A model generated the notes under the pieces. It made no database searches, was not told where the DNA came from, and saw only the letters and a list, made by a program, of their open reading frames with translations. This document shows, one piece after another, positions 1-8,363 of a stretch of DNA of 64,000 bases. Each line of letters begins with the position of its first letter. The stretch's first letter is position 1. The translations under genes were made by a program, and so were the position numbers. The stretch covers positions 64,001-128,000 of the IMG/VR virus record IMGVR_UViG_3300042275_000327, one strand, 5' to 3'. This stretch comes from a virus. Its lineage: Duplodnaviria; Caudoviricetes.

Positions 1-150
1 ATAAGAAGTTCCTTCTGTTACAATTGATAAAGAAGCTGGTCTCGCTTTCATCAATAGATATAAAGTTGAACCAGGACTAACAACTTTTGATCCATGATCA
101 TTGATTATCAAATTTTTTGTGTAATCATAATTTTCTAGTATTATTGCCAT
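1..150 (-). CDS. Hypothetical protein, N-terminal part (runs off window edge), probably virion module
   Basis: ATG at 150 after a GAGGA RBS; my translation MAIILENYDYTKNLIINDHGSKVVSPG... stays open to position 1. Confidence 0.6.
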   Translation of the reverse strand, partial: MAIILENYDYTKNLIINDHGSKVVSPGSTLYLLMKARPASLSIVTEGTSY

Positions 151-162
151 TTATTCTTTTCC

Positions 163-1452
163 TCACATATAGATCTGACTTATGAAGTCATTAAGATATC
201 TTTCTGGTTCATATCCAATATATATCTCCTTGTTTAAAAAGAGAGTATCTAATAAAATAGTTCTTTCTTGGCATAAAACAGAAATTTCTGTTTCAGAAAT
301 ACTGATACTAAAAGGAATAATGGAAAACTCTGGAATTCCAAAAGACTCTATTGTTGTCTCTGTTCCTACTTTCTGAGTAAGAACTAACTCTTTAAAAGAC
401 TTCATCTTAAACTCTACATAGTTTCCTGTGGCATCCTCAGTATAGAACAGTGGTCTGAATTCTTCTTCATCAAAGTCAGTAACCACAGGAACATATCCTT
501 CTTGATACTCATAATCATCAGTCAGTGCCAATAAGAATCCATATTTATAATTGTCTGTAAACTCTGTATGTAACTCAAAATTAAGAACCCCAGGAGTAAG
601 ATATCTCTGTATATAGTATTCTTCTCTCTTATCAAATACATAAGGATGAAAATAATAAGAGTTATAGATAGAGGGAAATTGACAATCATCAGAAAAATCT
701 ATAGAGATCTCTGTTTCTTTAGATAGAGTGAACCTTACAGGAGTGGTTGGAGTGACAGAATATTCTAAGAATGAGAAAGAGCCAAAAGCACATTGTGCAA
801 CATAAGTCCCAGAATCTAGAGTGACAGAAAAGTCTGTTGGATTCAATGAATTATGAAGCATATTAGTATAAGATTCAGAAATATATTCATCTGATTCTTC
901 TTTTGATACTAGATAATTCAAATCAGAGTTCTCTTCTTTATAAGAATCATAAGCATCATGAATCACATACTCTTCTAGATATTTTATTATCTTATTTGTG
1001 AGTTTACCATGATATGGTGCAAGATATTGTTTCTTCCATACAAGTCCTATCTCAAACTTGCCAAAAGAATCTGTCACTTGAAACAAATAAGGGATCTTAT
1101 TATTTTTCTCATCTTCTAAAAAGAAGAATAGAAAATCATTTTTCTCTATATGGTCTTCTAATTTGGTATAAGCTTCTATTGGTAGAATCTCATAGAAGTA
1201 TGTTCTTGTCTCTGTTACTTCAGACTGAAATCCTAGTCTGTATCTTTCTAATGGCATCTCAGCTGGAAATCTGATGATAGCATCCAGAATAGAATCAGAA
1301 ATAGAATCTTCTATTCTTACATCTTGGTAGATGTCTTCAGTAAAGGAGATTCTTACTGCTTTCATTTCCTGTCCTAAGATAGAGACATTGAAGTCAAATA
1401 GTCTTCTTTTGGCTTTTAGAGAAGCTCTTGAAATGGATTCATATACACTCAT
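163..1452 (-). CDS. Putative virion protein (possible neck/head-completion protein)
   Basis: 429-aa ORF in the head module, preceded by AACTATT motif; no diagnostic motif recognised. Confidence 0.4.
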   Translation of the reverse strand: MSVYESISRASLKAKRRLFDFNVSILGQEMKAVRISFTEDIYQDVRIEDSISDSILDAIIRFPAEMPLERYRLGFQSEVTETRTYFYEILPIEAYTKLEDHIEKNDFLFFFLEDEKNNKIPYLFQVTDSFGKFEIGLVWKKQYLAPYHGKLTNKIIKYLEEYVIHDAYDSYKEENSDLNYLVSKEESDEYISESYTNMLHNSLNPTDFSVTLDSGTYVAQCAFGSFSFLEYSVTPTTPVRFTLSKETEISIDFSDDCQFPSIYNSYYFHPYVFDKREEYYIQRYLTPGVLNFELHTEFTDNYKYGFLLALTDDYEYQEGYVPVVTDFDEEEFRPLFYTEDATGNYVEFKMKSFKELVLTQKVGTETTIESFGIPEFSIIPFSISISETEISVLCQERTILLDTLFLNKEIYIGYEPERYLNDFISQIYM

Positions 1453-1481
1453 AGTATAATAGTTCTCTTTTTGATCATAAA

Positions 1482-1526
1482 GAAAAAGTCCTTGAGAAAA
1501 TCTGTAGTAATCTCAAAGACTTTTTC
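1482..1526. terminator. Hairpin, probable intrinsic terminator
   Basis: Imperfect inverted repeat aaaaagtccttgaga...tctcaaagacttttt with A/T tracts on both sides. Confidence 0.55.
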
Positions 1527-1544
1527 ATTTCATTTTGTTCTAAC

Positions 1545-1778
1545 TCAGAACAGAGAAGACAATAGATATAAGTCCTCTTCTCCAAACCAAGATCCAAACC
1601 AATCATCCTCTTGAGGAGTTCTGAATCTCTCAACAAACTCTTCAGGATCTACAATATCTAAATCGGAAAATAGGAGGATTTCTTCAATTGGTCCTTTATA
1701 GGAAATGACTTCATTCTTCACTTCATAAAAACCAACATCAAATCCAGAAACTATTTTCATAGAATTACAACCATCCAT
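1545..1778 (-). CDS. Small acidic hypothetical protein
   Basis: 77-aa ORF overlapping the end of the protease gene; start uncertain. Confidence 0.5.
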   Translation of the reverse strand: MDGCNSMKIVSGFDVGFYEVKNEVISYKGPIEEILLFSDLDIVDPEEFVERFRTPQEDDWFGSWFGEEDLYLLSSLF

Positions 1779-3480
1779 CTTTTATTGGAAGTGATTTTGT
1801 AGTCTCAACTTCTCTTTTCTTTCTAGGACTAAATTTCCTATCATAAGCAGATTCCGAAATTTCATAAAGAGGCTTGAGTCTCAGATGAGTTCTTTGTGCT
1901 TCCATGAGAGTTCTACATTTCAGAATGTCATTCTTGATTACAATCACAGATGGATTGGAGTACTCAAGATTTTCATAATATCTTAGAACCTCTTTATTAG
2001 CACTTTCCTCTATACTTTCCTCTTCAGTTTCTTCTTCCTCTTCTTGGACATCTTCTTCTACTCTTGAAGTAAGATCTTCAGTTGCCTTTTCAGACAGTTT
2101 AGATTTAAGTTCGATCACCTCTCTTTCTAAAAGTTCTTTTTCATTTTCAACTTTCTCCAGATAAACCTGAGCTTCTCTATATTCAGAAGCAGTTACCATT
2201 CCATTCTTTTCAGCCTGAACAAGATCGTACATCTCTTTCAGCTTCTTAGAATAGACCTTGAGTGAATCTAAAAGTTCTAGTGAGTCATTGAGTTTTTCTT
2301 CAAGTCCCTCCTTTTCTCTCTTGATTGATTCAATTTCTTCTTTTATGGTTTCGAGTTCATTAGGTTTTGATTCTTTTAAAACTTCTTCTTTTGTAATCTC
2401 TTCTTCAATCTCTTTCTTGAGATCTTCTGCAAATCCTTCTTCAAAATAAGAAAGGAGTTCTTTATACTGATCGATTCTTTCTTCCTGGCTTTCAAGAGTC
2501 TTAGCTCTATTGAAAGAAGACACCATGTTCAATCTAAAAGACTTAGACAGGAAAGACTCTTTCTTCTTTTCATCTTTATCTTTCTTATCTTCTTTCTCTG
2601 AAGGATTATTTACTTTCTTTTTACAAGAAGGACAATATCCAGTATTGACTAAGACTTTTCCACCACAATCAGGACACTTGAAGGTATCTGTTCCTTCTTC
2701 CTTTTTGTCCTCATCATCTTCTTCTGGTTCATCTTTCTTATCATCCTCAGATTCTTCTTTCTTGTCTTCGGAGTCATCCTTTTCTTTTTCTTCAGGGTCT
2801 TCTTTCTTATCTTCTGGCTCTTCTTCACAAGCTTTCTTCTTTTCTTCTAAATCTTCTAGATCATTATCTATCTCTTCATTAATTTTCATAGTATCTTCCT
2901 TTATTTCAGACTCCTCTTGATTTATGATATCCTCTTGAGAACCATATACTTCATATGATGGATTAAATACAAAATCAGCAACTCTTTCAAGCTCATAAGA
3001 ATCAGGATTGATAGTCTTTTTGTCTTCAAGAAATTCTCCAAAACCAGAAGTAGAAAGACCTACCTTTCCCCCAGCTTCAAGAATTTCTTTTACCATTTCA
3101 CCATGATCACCAATAAGATAAGCATCTGCAATTACCATGTCTTTTGATTCATTGAATCTAAGATTTCTCCATACACACCAAATGTCTTTTGTTGATCCTT
3201 CTTCTTGAGGATGATCCATCAATCCAAAAGTTGAAGAATCCTTCAATCTAGATACAGAATTCTTCCAAAGCTTTTCATTATACACTCGACCATTGAGGTT
3301 TTCTTTTCCAGGTCTGGATATAGGAAAAGTGTAAATTGCTTTTGCTTTGTATTCTACTTTTGGTTCACCTTTTTTCTCAACAAATACAGTTTGATCTGAT
3401 TCGTTTAAAAAATTAGATTCTTTATATTCGTTAGGTCCAATAATAGCAGTTTCAACTAGTCTTATCTTCATGAGCTTCAA
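1765..3480 (-). CDS. Prohead protease (T4 gp21-like) fused to acidic coiled-coil scaffold region
   Basis: NLNGRVY, GLMDHP, GLSTSGFG, DFVFNPS motifs of gp21-type proteases; long E/K-rich C-terminus with CPDC..CPSC ribbon; next to portal. Confidence 0.85.
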   Translation of the reverse strand: MKLMKIRLVETAIIGPNEYKESNFLNESDQTVFVEKKGEPKVEYKAKAIYTFPISRPGKENLNGRVYNEKLWKNSVSRLKDSSTFGLMDHPQEEGSTKDIWCVWRNLRFNESKDMVIADAYLIGDHGEMVKEILEAGGKVGLSTSGFGEFLEDKKTINPDSYELERVADFVFNPSYEVYGSQEDIINQEESEIKEDTMKINEEIDNDLEDLEEKKKACEEEPEDKKEDPEEKEKDDSEDKKEESEDDKKDEPEEDDEDKKEEGTDTFKCPDCGGKVLVNTGYCPSCKKKVNNPSEKEDKKDKDEKKKESFLSKSFRLNMVSSFNRAKTLESQEERIDQYKELLSYFEEGFAEDLKKEIEEEITKEEVLKESKPNELETIKEEIESIKREKEGLEEKLNDSLELLDSLKVYSKKLKEMYDLVQAEKNGMVTASEYREAQVYLEKVENEKELLEREVIELKSKLSEKATEDLTSRVEEDVQEEEEETEEESIEESANKEVLRYYENLEYSNPSVIVIKNDILKCRTLMEAQRTHLRLKPLYEISESAYDRKFSPRKKREVETTKSLPIKDGWL

Positions 3481-3545
3481 ATACTCCTCATAAATATTCT
3501 TTTATAATATAATAGTTATCACAAATTCTAAAAAGTTTTTTATCA

Positions 3546-5288
3546 TCATCCATTTATGACATTTTCCTTTTCAATGAATCTGAACATCTTATAAATTGGG
3601 ATATACTCATTCTGAATATATCTGCTACTTGATGTAAAATAGTGCCTTCCATTAGAGGTGCATTCTTTAATATCAAACTTTCTCAAAGATTCAAAATATG
3701 CTGAATTAACAATTGACTCATCAATCTTAGTTGTGTTCTCATAGAACTTGTTCTGACTTTCTTCAGGACTTTCCATTTGCTTTGCTAGAGCGTCAACAAT
3801 ATCATTCAGTATTTCTGGCTCTAAGAATGAGAATTTTGAGAAAAGATCTTTCACTACTTTTGGAGGAAGCTCTGCATCTCTCAATCCAAGAGCAGTCTTA
3901 ATATTGTCTATTATGTCATTAGCTAATCTTAGAGAATCTTGTTTCATTCTTTGTCTGTCTGAAGCTTCTTCTACAACAGGAAAATTCAGAGATAACTGGA
4001 ACTCAGTCATTTCTTTTTCAAATTGTCCAGTCATCAAGAAATGCATTCTTACTAGATGTGTCAGTCCTTTGAGGATTGCACTCTGAACTGTATATACAGA
4101 TCTTCCAAAAGGTTTGGACTGCTGAAGAAGAGACTGTCCAGAAGTTCCCCATCCACCTGATCTATCAGCAATTAGATATCCTTTTGGAATCTTAGTTCCC
4201 ATGATGAAGTTTTCTCTCAGAAGTTCTACGTCTGCAATATTTTCTACATTGACATTTGATTCAATTGTATCATGGCTCAATAGATCATCTGGTAACCAAA
4301 GTTGATCTCCAATAGCAAAATCATCTTTTGCCCTATTGAGAATTCCAGAATTCTGATATTCTATCTTAGCTTCATTAACTGCTTGCCATTTTTCTACTGC
4401 AGTCATCTCATCAGAGGTCTTTACAGTGAAAACTTCTGTTGGAAAAGAGAGAGCTCTAGTGATAGCCATAAGGCTCATTGAGGTTTTTAATTGTCTGTAT
4501 GGACCAATAAGATTAATTAGAAGAGGTCTTCCAAAAGGAAAGAATTCAGATTTTCTAGATTCTAATCGATAGTGGTTTATTTGCCAAGGATATACAAAAG
4601 AATCAGATCCTAAAATGAATCCAAAAAGGTAAGAGACATAACTCTTTGAATAGTCATAGTCTTTTTCATCCTTAATCTCTTTTATGAAATTCTCAATAGA
4701 GGATGTCTTTGTGAAAGAGAATCGCTTCTTATTTTCATATGATTTTTTTATTTCAGATAGCTTAAATTCTAGTCTATCTGTAACATCTCTTACATGAATA
4801 GGAGTTACTGAGATGATTCCTTTCTTGTCATCAAGTTCATTGACATCAAAAGAATCTCCATAAGCAACAAGATTGTAAGCAGTTTCTCTAACATATTCCT
4901 GGTCAATCTCCCACTGATCAAACAGAGCTTTGATCTCTTGTTCAACCTTTGGATTTTTTGCCTTTATTCCAATGAGATTAAACTGATCATCAGACTGAGC
5001 CACTTCATCTGCATACAGGTCAACAGAGAATGAAGCTAGAGGCTCATTATAAATCATATATTCTATGTCTTCATATCTTGCTTCTCTGTTCTTCAGAGTC
5101 TCAAGACGATCATTTGTTTCTTTTAGATACCAATCCCAAAGCTTTTTTGCTTTTGGAGGAAGACTGATTCCTTTTCCTGTCTCTTTGTCAACAGGATCTA
5201 TATCAACTTTTCCTATAACCTCTGAACTCTTTTTTGTACTGTAACCAAAGAAAGTTTGTAACCTTTTGGTCAATGATGATTCTGCCAT
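3546..5288 (-). CDS. Portal protein (T4 gp20-like)
   Basis: 580 aa; VDLYADE, HYRL...FFPFGRPLL, IADVELLR...KIPKGYL patterns typical of gp20-like portals. Confidence 0.85.
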   Translation of the reverse strand: MAESSLTKRLQTFFGYSTKKSSEVIGKVDIDPVDKETGKGISLPPKAKKLWDWYLKETNDRLETLKNREARYEDIEYMIYNEPLASFSVDLYADEVAQSDDQFNLIGIKAKNPKVEQEIKALFDQWEIDQEYVRETAYNLVAYGDSFDVNELDDKKGIISVTPIHVRDVTDRLEFKLSEIKKSYENKKRFSFTKTSSIENFIKEIKDEKDYDYSKSYVSYLFGFILGSDSFVYPWQINHYRLESRKSEFFPFGRPLLINLIGPYRQLKTSMSLMAITRALSFPTEVFTVKTSDEMTAVEKWQAVNEAKIEYQNSGILNRAKDDFAIGDQLWLPDDLLSHDTIESNVNVENIADVELLRENFIMGTKIPKGYLIADRSGGWGTSGQSLLQQSKPFGRSVYTVQSAILKGLTHLVRMHFLMTGQFEKEMTEFQLSLNFPVVEEASDRQRMKQDSLRLANDIIDNIKTALGLRDAELPPKVVKDLFSKFSFLEPEILNDIVDALAKQMESPEESQNKFYENTTKIDESIVNSAYFESLRKFDIKECTSNGRHYFTSSSRYIQNEYIPIYKMFRFIEKENVING

Positions 5289-5297
5289 GTCTTTTCC

Positions 5298-5504
5298 TTA
5301 GAAGAAGTGTTTCTTTTTAGATGGTGATTTGTTGAAATTAAGATTAGATTCTTGTCCCCACTGAAATGGAATATGAAAAGCTGTTGTCCATACTCTGAAA
5401 AAAGTCTTTCCATCCTCTTCAATCTTAGATGGAATATCTTCTTTGATAGAAAGTTCTAATTCTTTTTCTTCACCTGTTTCTTCACATTTATATCTATAGA
5501 TCAT
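5298..5504 (-). CDS. Small FmdB-like degenerate zinc-ribbon protein
   Basis: MIYRYKCEETG..E pattern; start revised to ATG at 5504. Confidence 0.45.
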   Translation of the reverse strand: MIYRYKCEETGEEKELELSIKEDIPSKIEEDGKTFFRVWTTAFHIPFQWGQESNLNFNKSPSKKKHFF

Positions 5505-5676
5505 AAAAATATTCCTCGTCATCATCTTCATACATGTCCATAACTTCCATTACTGCTCTAATTACTTGAGAATCAGAAGGAAGTCTCAGTATCTGTCCCT
5601 TTTTCATTATTACAGGAATATCAGGGATAAGAGTATCTTCTTCAAATGTAACTGAATTTAGATCTTTATTGTACAA
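5494..5676 (-). CDS. Small protein with a divergent copy of the LEKGD tag
   Basis: VTFEEDTLIPDIPVIMKKGQILRL; GAGGA RBS and AACTATT motif upstream. Confidence 0.5.
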   Translation of the reverse strand: MYNKDLNSVTFEEDTLIPDIPVIMKKGQILRLPSDSQVIRAVMEVMDMYEDDDEEYFYDL

Positions 5677-5700
5677 TTTAGTTTTCCTCTAATTAAATAG

Positions 5701-5988
5701 TTACAGAAGAGTCTTTAAATCTTTCTCCCAAATCCAAATGGTTCTATCTGATCCATTAGCAATCTCTTGAGCTATCTGAAGATATGTCATACTTCTGAAG
5801 GAGTGAGGATCTTGGAAGTTGTCTTTAGCTTTTAGTTTCTTCAAAATAGCTGCAAATTCTTCTACAGATCCATAGATAGACTTAAAACTTCCTTTTCCCC
5901 AATTAAGAGTCCATCCTCTAGATCCATTATAAAGAACCTCTACTTGAATTAGTTTTCTTGATTCTAAAAAATTTTCAATCTTTCTCAT
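5701..5988 (-). CDS. Hypothetical protein, possible internal head protein
   Basis: 95 aa with MRKIENFLE leader; overlaps upstream gene. Confidence 0.55.
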   Translation of the reverse strand: MRKIENFLESRKLIQVEVLYNGSRGWTLNWGKGSFKSIYGSVEEFAAILKKLKAKDNFQDPHSFRSMTYLQIAQEIANGSDRTIWIWEKDLKTLL

Positions 5989-6233
5989 TTTTTATCCTTT
6001 AAAAATGATTTAAGTCTCTCTAATTCTTCTTCTGAAAAATTGATTGACTCTAAGCTCTCATCAGAAAAATCAATTTTTCCTTCTGAGTTTTCCAAAACAA
6101 TTTCTTTTCTATTTTCATCATCCTCATCAGTTTCTAAGAACCAAGTCTCTCTAGCTGGATCATGAAACACTGAGAATCCTTCATATTCAAATTCTACAAG
6201 TTCTTCATTAAAAATAGAAATATCTTCATTCAT
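5985..6233 (-). CDS. Acidic hypothetical protein
   Basis: 82 aa, 4-nt overlaps with both neighbours. Confidence 0.55.
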   Translation of the reverse strand: MNEDISIFNEELVEFEYEGFSVFHDPARETWFLETDEDDENRKEIVLENSEGKIDFSDESLESINFSEEELERLKSFLKDKK

Positions 6234-7546
6234 TTATATACACCTGTGACTGCGTGAAACAGCTTTCTTGCTACCTCTGGTACATCATATCCCATAAGAA
6301 TATAACTGAATAATTCTGGGAAACCTTCAAATGCACCCTTCATCTTAGCATATCCAGTAACAACTGCCATTCCCAAAACCTGTCCTTCTATTGCCTTGAA
6401 TTTCTCATAGAGAACTTGATAATTCTTATTCTCTAGGATTTCTTTCCCTTCCTCATAAGAAAAATAGAAGTCTATAGTATCCAATGTCTCATTGTAAATA
6501 AGCAATTCATAGATAAACCTTGTTTCATTATCAGAAATAAAAGAGTCCAATAATCCATTGTTAAAAATCTTATCAATATCACTTGCTCTCTTTGGTTTAT
6601 TCCTATCCAAAGCCTGTGTATAAGCATTAAACAAAAGGGAGACATGGTTCTTCTCAACTTTCAACTTACTATCAAAGAAAGTCTTGAAAAAGAAAGATTG
6701 TTTTTCATCCTCCATCAAATCCCAATATTTATGACCAAACTCATGAATAAGTGATCTAGCAGTTTCCTCAACATCCTTAACACTATAAGGTGAAGATAAT
6801 AGAATAGTATTCTGCCTTAACCCTTCCCATCTGCCACCATAATCAAAATTTGATTTCAACTCAACATTGATAATTGTACCATTAAGAATAAATGAAAACT
6901 TTGATTTTCTTAGTATTGATAAAGCTTTCTCTATAGCAAGTCTTGAAAGTTGTACCCTTTTCTTTATTACCTCAGGGTCTTGATGTTCATCAGACCTCCA
7001 AGAAACAGATACTCCCTGAATCTTATCAGTGACAGGCTTATAATAATCAGGAGCAACTCCCTGATAAAAGGTGGAATCAAAGTACAGATAAAGTTCTTTA
7101 AAAGCATTCTTTCTCAATCTATTGTATTTCTGATAAGTGCTACTGAGATTATCTTTCCAGTTATTCAACAATATGTTCTGACCTTCTAGAGGATATTTTG
7201 AGATATCTGTACTTGACCTATAGTCAACATTATATTGCTGAGATAAAGGATAAGCCTGAGATGAACTCATGGGAAGAAACAGATAGTTCTGAATGAATAC
7301 AATAAATTCTTGTACAGCAATCCTTGCCTTATTCTCTGAATCATCATTGCTATTCTTATTCATAAGACTCTTAAAAACAAAAGCGTCAAAGTCGTTAGAC
7401 CAGTCTATATAAGACCTCCTGATCAATAGGAAATCCTTTACTGTTTTTATTCTCCTGAGATTCTTTGATAAGTTAGTTGCATCCTTATCAAATCTTTCAA
7501 TATTTCTTCTCTGTATTACTTCTTTCAATCTAATTATTCGTTTCAT
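6230..7546 (-). CDS. Zincin-like metallopeptidase domain protein
   Basis: LIHEFGHKYW (HExxH) plus downstream GYA...EGFPELF third-ligand-like segment; MKRIIRLKE leader. Confidence 0.65.
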   Translation of the reverse strand: MKRIIRLKEVIQRRNIERFDKDATNLSKNLRRIKTVKDFLLIRRSYIDWSNDFDAFVFKSLMNKNSNDDSENKARIAVQEFIVFIQNYLFLPMSSSQAYPLSQQYNVDYRSSTDISKYPLEGQNILLNNWKDNLSSTYQKYNRLRKNAFKELYLYFDSTFYQGVAPDYYKPVTDKIQGVSVSWRSDEHQDPEVIKKRVQLSRLAIEKALSILRKSKFSFILNGTIINVELKSNFDYGGRWEGLRQNTILLSSPYSVKDVEETARSLIHEFGHKYWDLMEDEKQSFFFKTFFDSKLKVEKNHVSLLFNAYTQALDRNKPKRASDIDKIFNNGLLDSFISDNETRFIYELLIYNETLDTIDFYFSYEEGKEILENKNYQVLYEKFKAIEGQVLGMAVVTGYAKMKGAFEGFPELFSYILMGYDVPEVARKLFHAVTGVYK

Positions 7547-7549
7547 TAC

Positions 7550-7705
7550 TTAATCCCTTACATATCCAACCAATTGATAGTCCCTACTGAAAAAATCCAA
7601 TGAGAATTCCTTTTGTAGCTGAAGCTGTCTCACCATTTGAACATCAATGACTACACCACTAGGAAGAAAAAGTTTTTTAGTGTTTAGAGTTCTAATTTCA
7701 CTCAT
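7550..7705 (-). CDS. Small hypothetical protein (51 aa, not in ORF track)
   Basis: ATGA overlap with upstream stop; MSEIRTLNTKKLFLPSGVV...YVRD fills the gap. Confidence 0.5.
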   Translation of the reverse strand: MSEIRTLNTKKLFLPSGVVIDVQMVRQLQLQKEFSLDFFSRDYQLVGYVRD

Positions 7706-8319
7706 TTCAACACTCCTTTGTCAATCAGAACTTGGAGAGCTCTGATCATATGTTTATCAAGGAAAACAATTCCTTTTGGATTTGTTATCTTAGGAGGTCC
7801 GTTAGCAAAGTTTCTTCCAAAAAGAATTCCGTTTTGTTGGTAAACATAGGAAAGTCTGAAGAAAAAATCACCATTTAATCCTCTTCTTATATTAGACCCT
7901 TCAATGAATTTTCTATTTCTACCTTTTCCTTCCCAATGTCCTTTTCCTTTTTCAGAAAAATCCCACTTTGCATCAGCACCAGTTCTAAGCTTTATTCTGT
8001 CATCATCAATAGACAAAGAGTCCATTTGTATTGTAATATCATATTGGTGCTTATAAGTTCTTTGCTTTGTTATTGGTCGTCCTCTAACGTCTTTTCCTGT
8101 ATAATAAGGAGCATATTGAGGATAAGAAGAAGTTTGAATGATGAATTTAGTTCTATCTTGACCAAGATCTTTTGCATCATAAACTGAAATTTTCTTTATT
8201 GTAATAGATTTAAGAACGTCTCTTTCCTTGTTCTCAAATCGATTTCTCTTATGATGAAAGGTATTTTGAAGTAGTTTTCTGATTGTCCATCCTTCAGTGT
8301 TTCTAATTGATCTTGGCAT
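7702..8319 (-). CDS. Basic hypothetical late protein (degenerate SWIM-like pattern)
   Basis: DFFFR...P..TNP.G...DKH resembles phage SWIM-type proteins without the cysteines. Confidence 0.45.
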   Translation of the reverse strand: MPRSIRNTEGWTIRKLLQNTFHHKRNRFENKERDVLKSITIKKISVYDAKDLGQDRTKFIIQTSSYPQYAPYYTGKDVRGRPITKQRTYKHQYDITIQMDSLSIDDDRIKLRTGADAKWDFSEKGKGHWEGKGRNRKFIEGSNIRRGLNGDFFFRLSYVYQQNGILFGRNFANGPPKITNPKGIVFLDKHMIRALQVLIDKGVLK

Positions 8320-8324
8320 AAAAA

Positions 8325-8357
8325 AGTCCTCTTAATAAAATAGTTATCAAGAGGACT
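8325..8357 (-). promoter_or_regulatory. RBS-sequestering hairpin with late-promoter motif in the loop
   Basis: 9-bp perfect inverted repeat agtcctctt/aagaggact; one arm is the AAGAGGA RBS of 7702..8319; AACTATT at 8339-8345 in the loop. Confidence 0.7.
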
Positions 8358-8363
8358 AAAGGA

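Noticed and set aside
2258-2920. Ser/Phe-rich plus-strand ORFs (also antisense ORFs such as 37543..37911, 44487..44957, 61854..62342)
   Set aside because: Antisense shadows of E/K-rich real genes; no RBS or motifs
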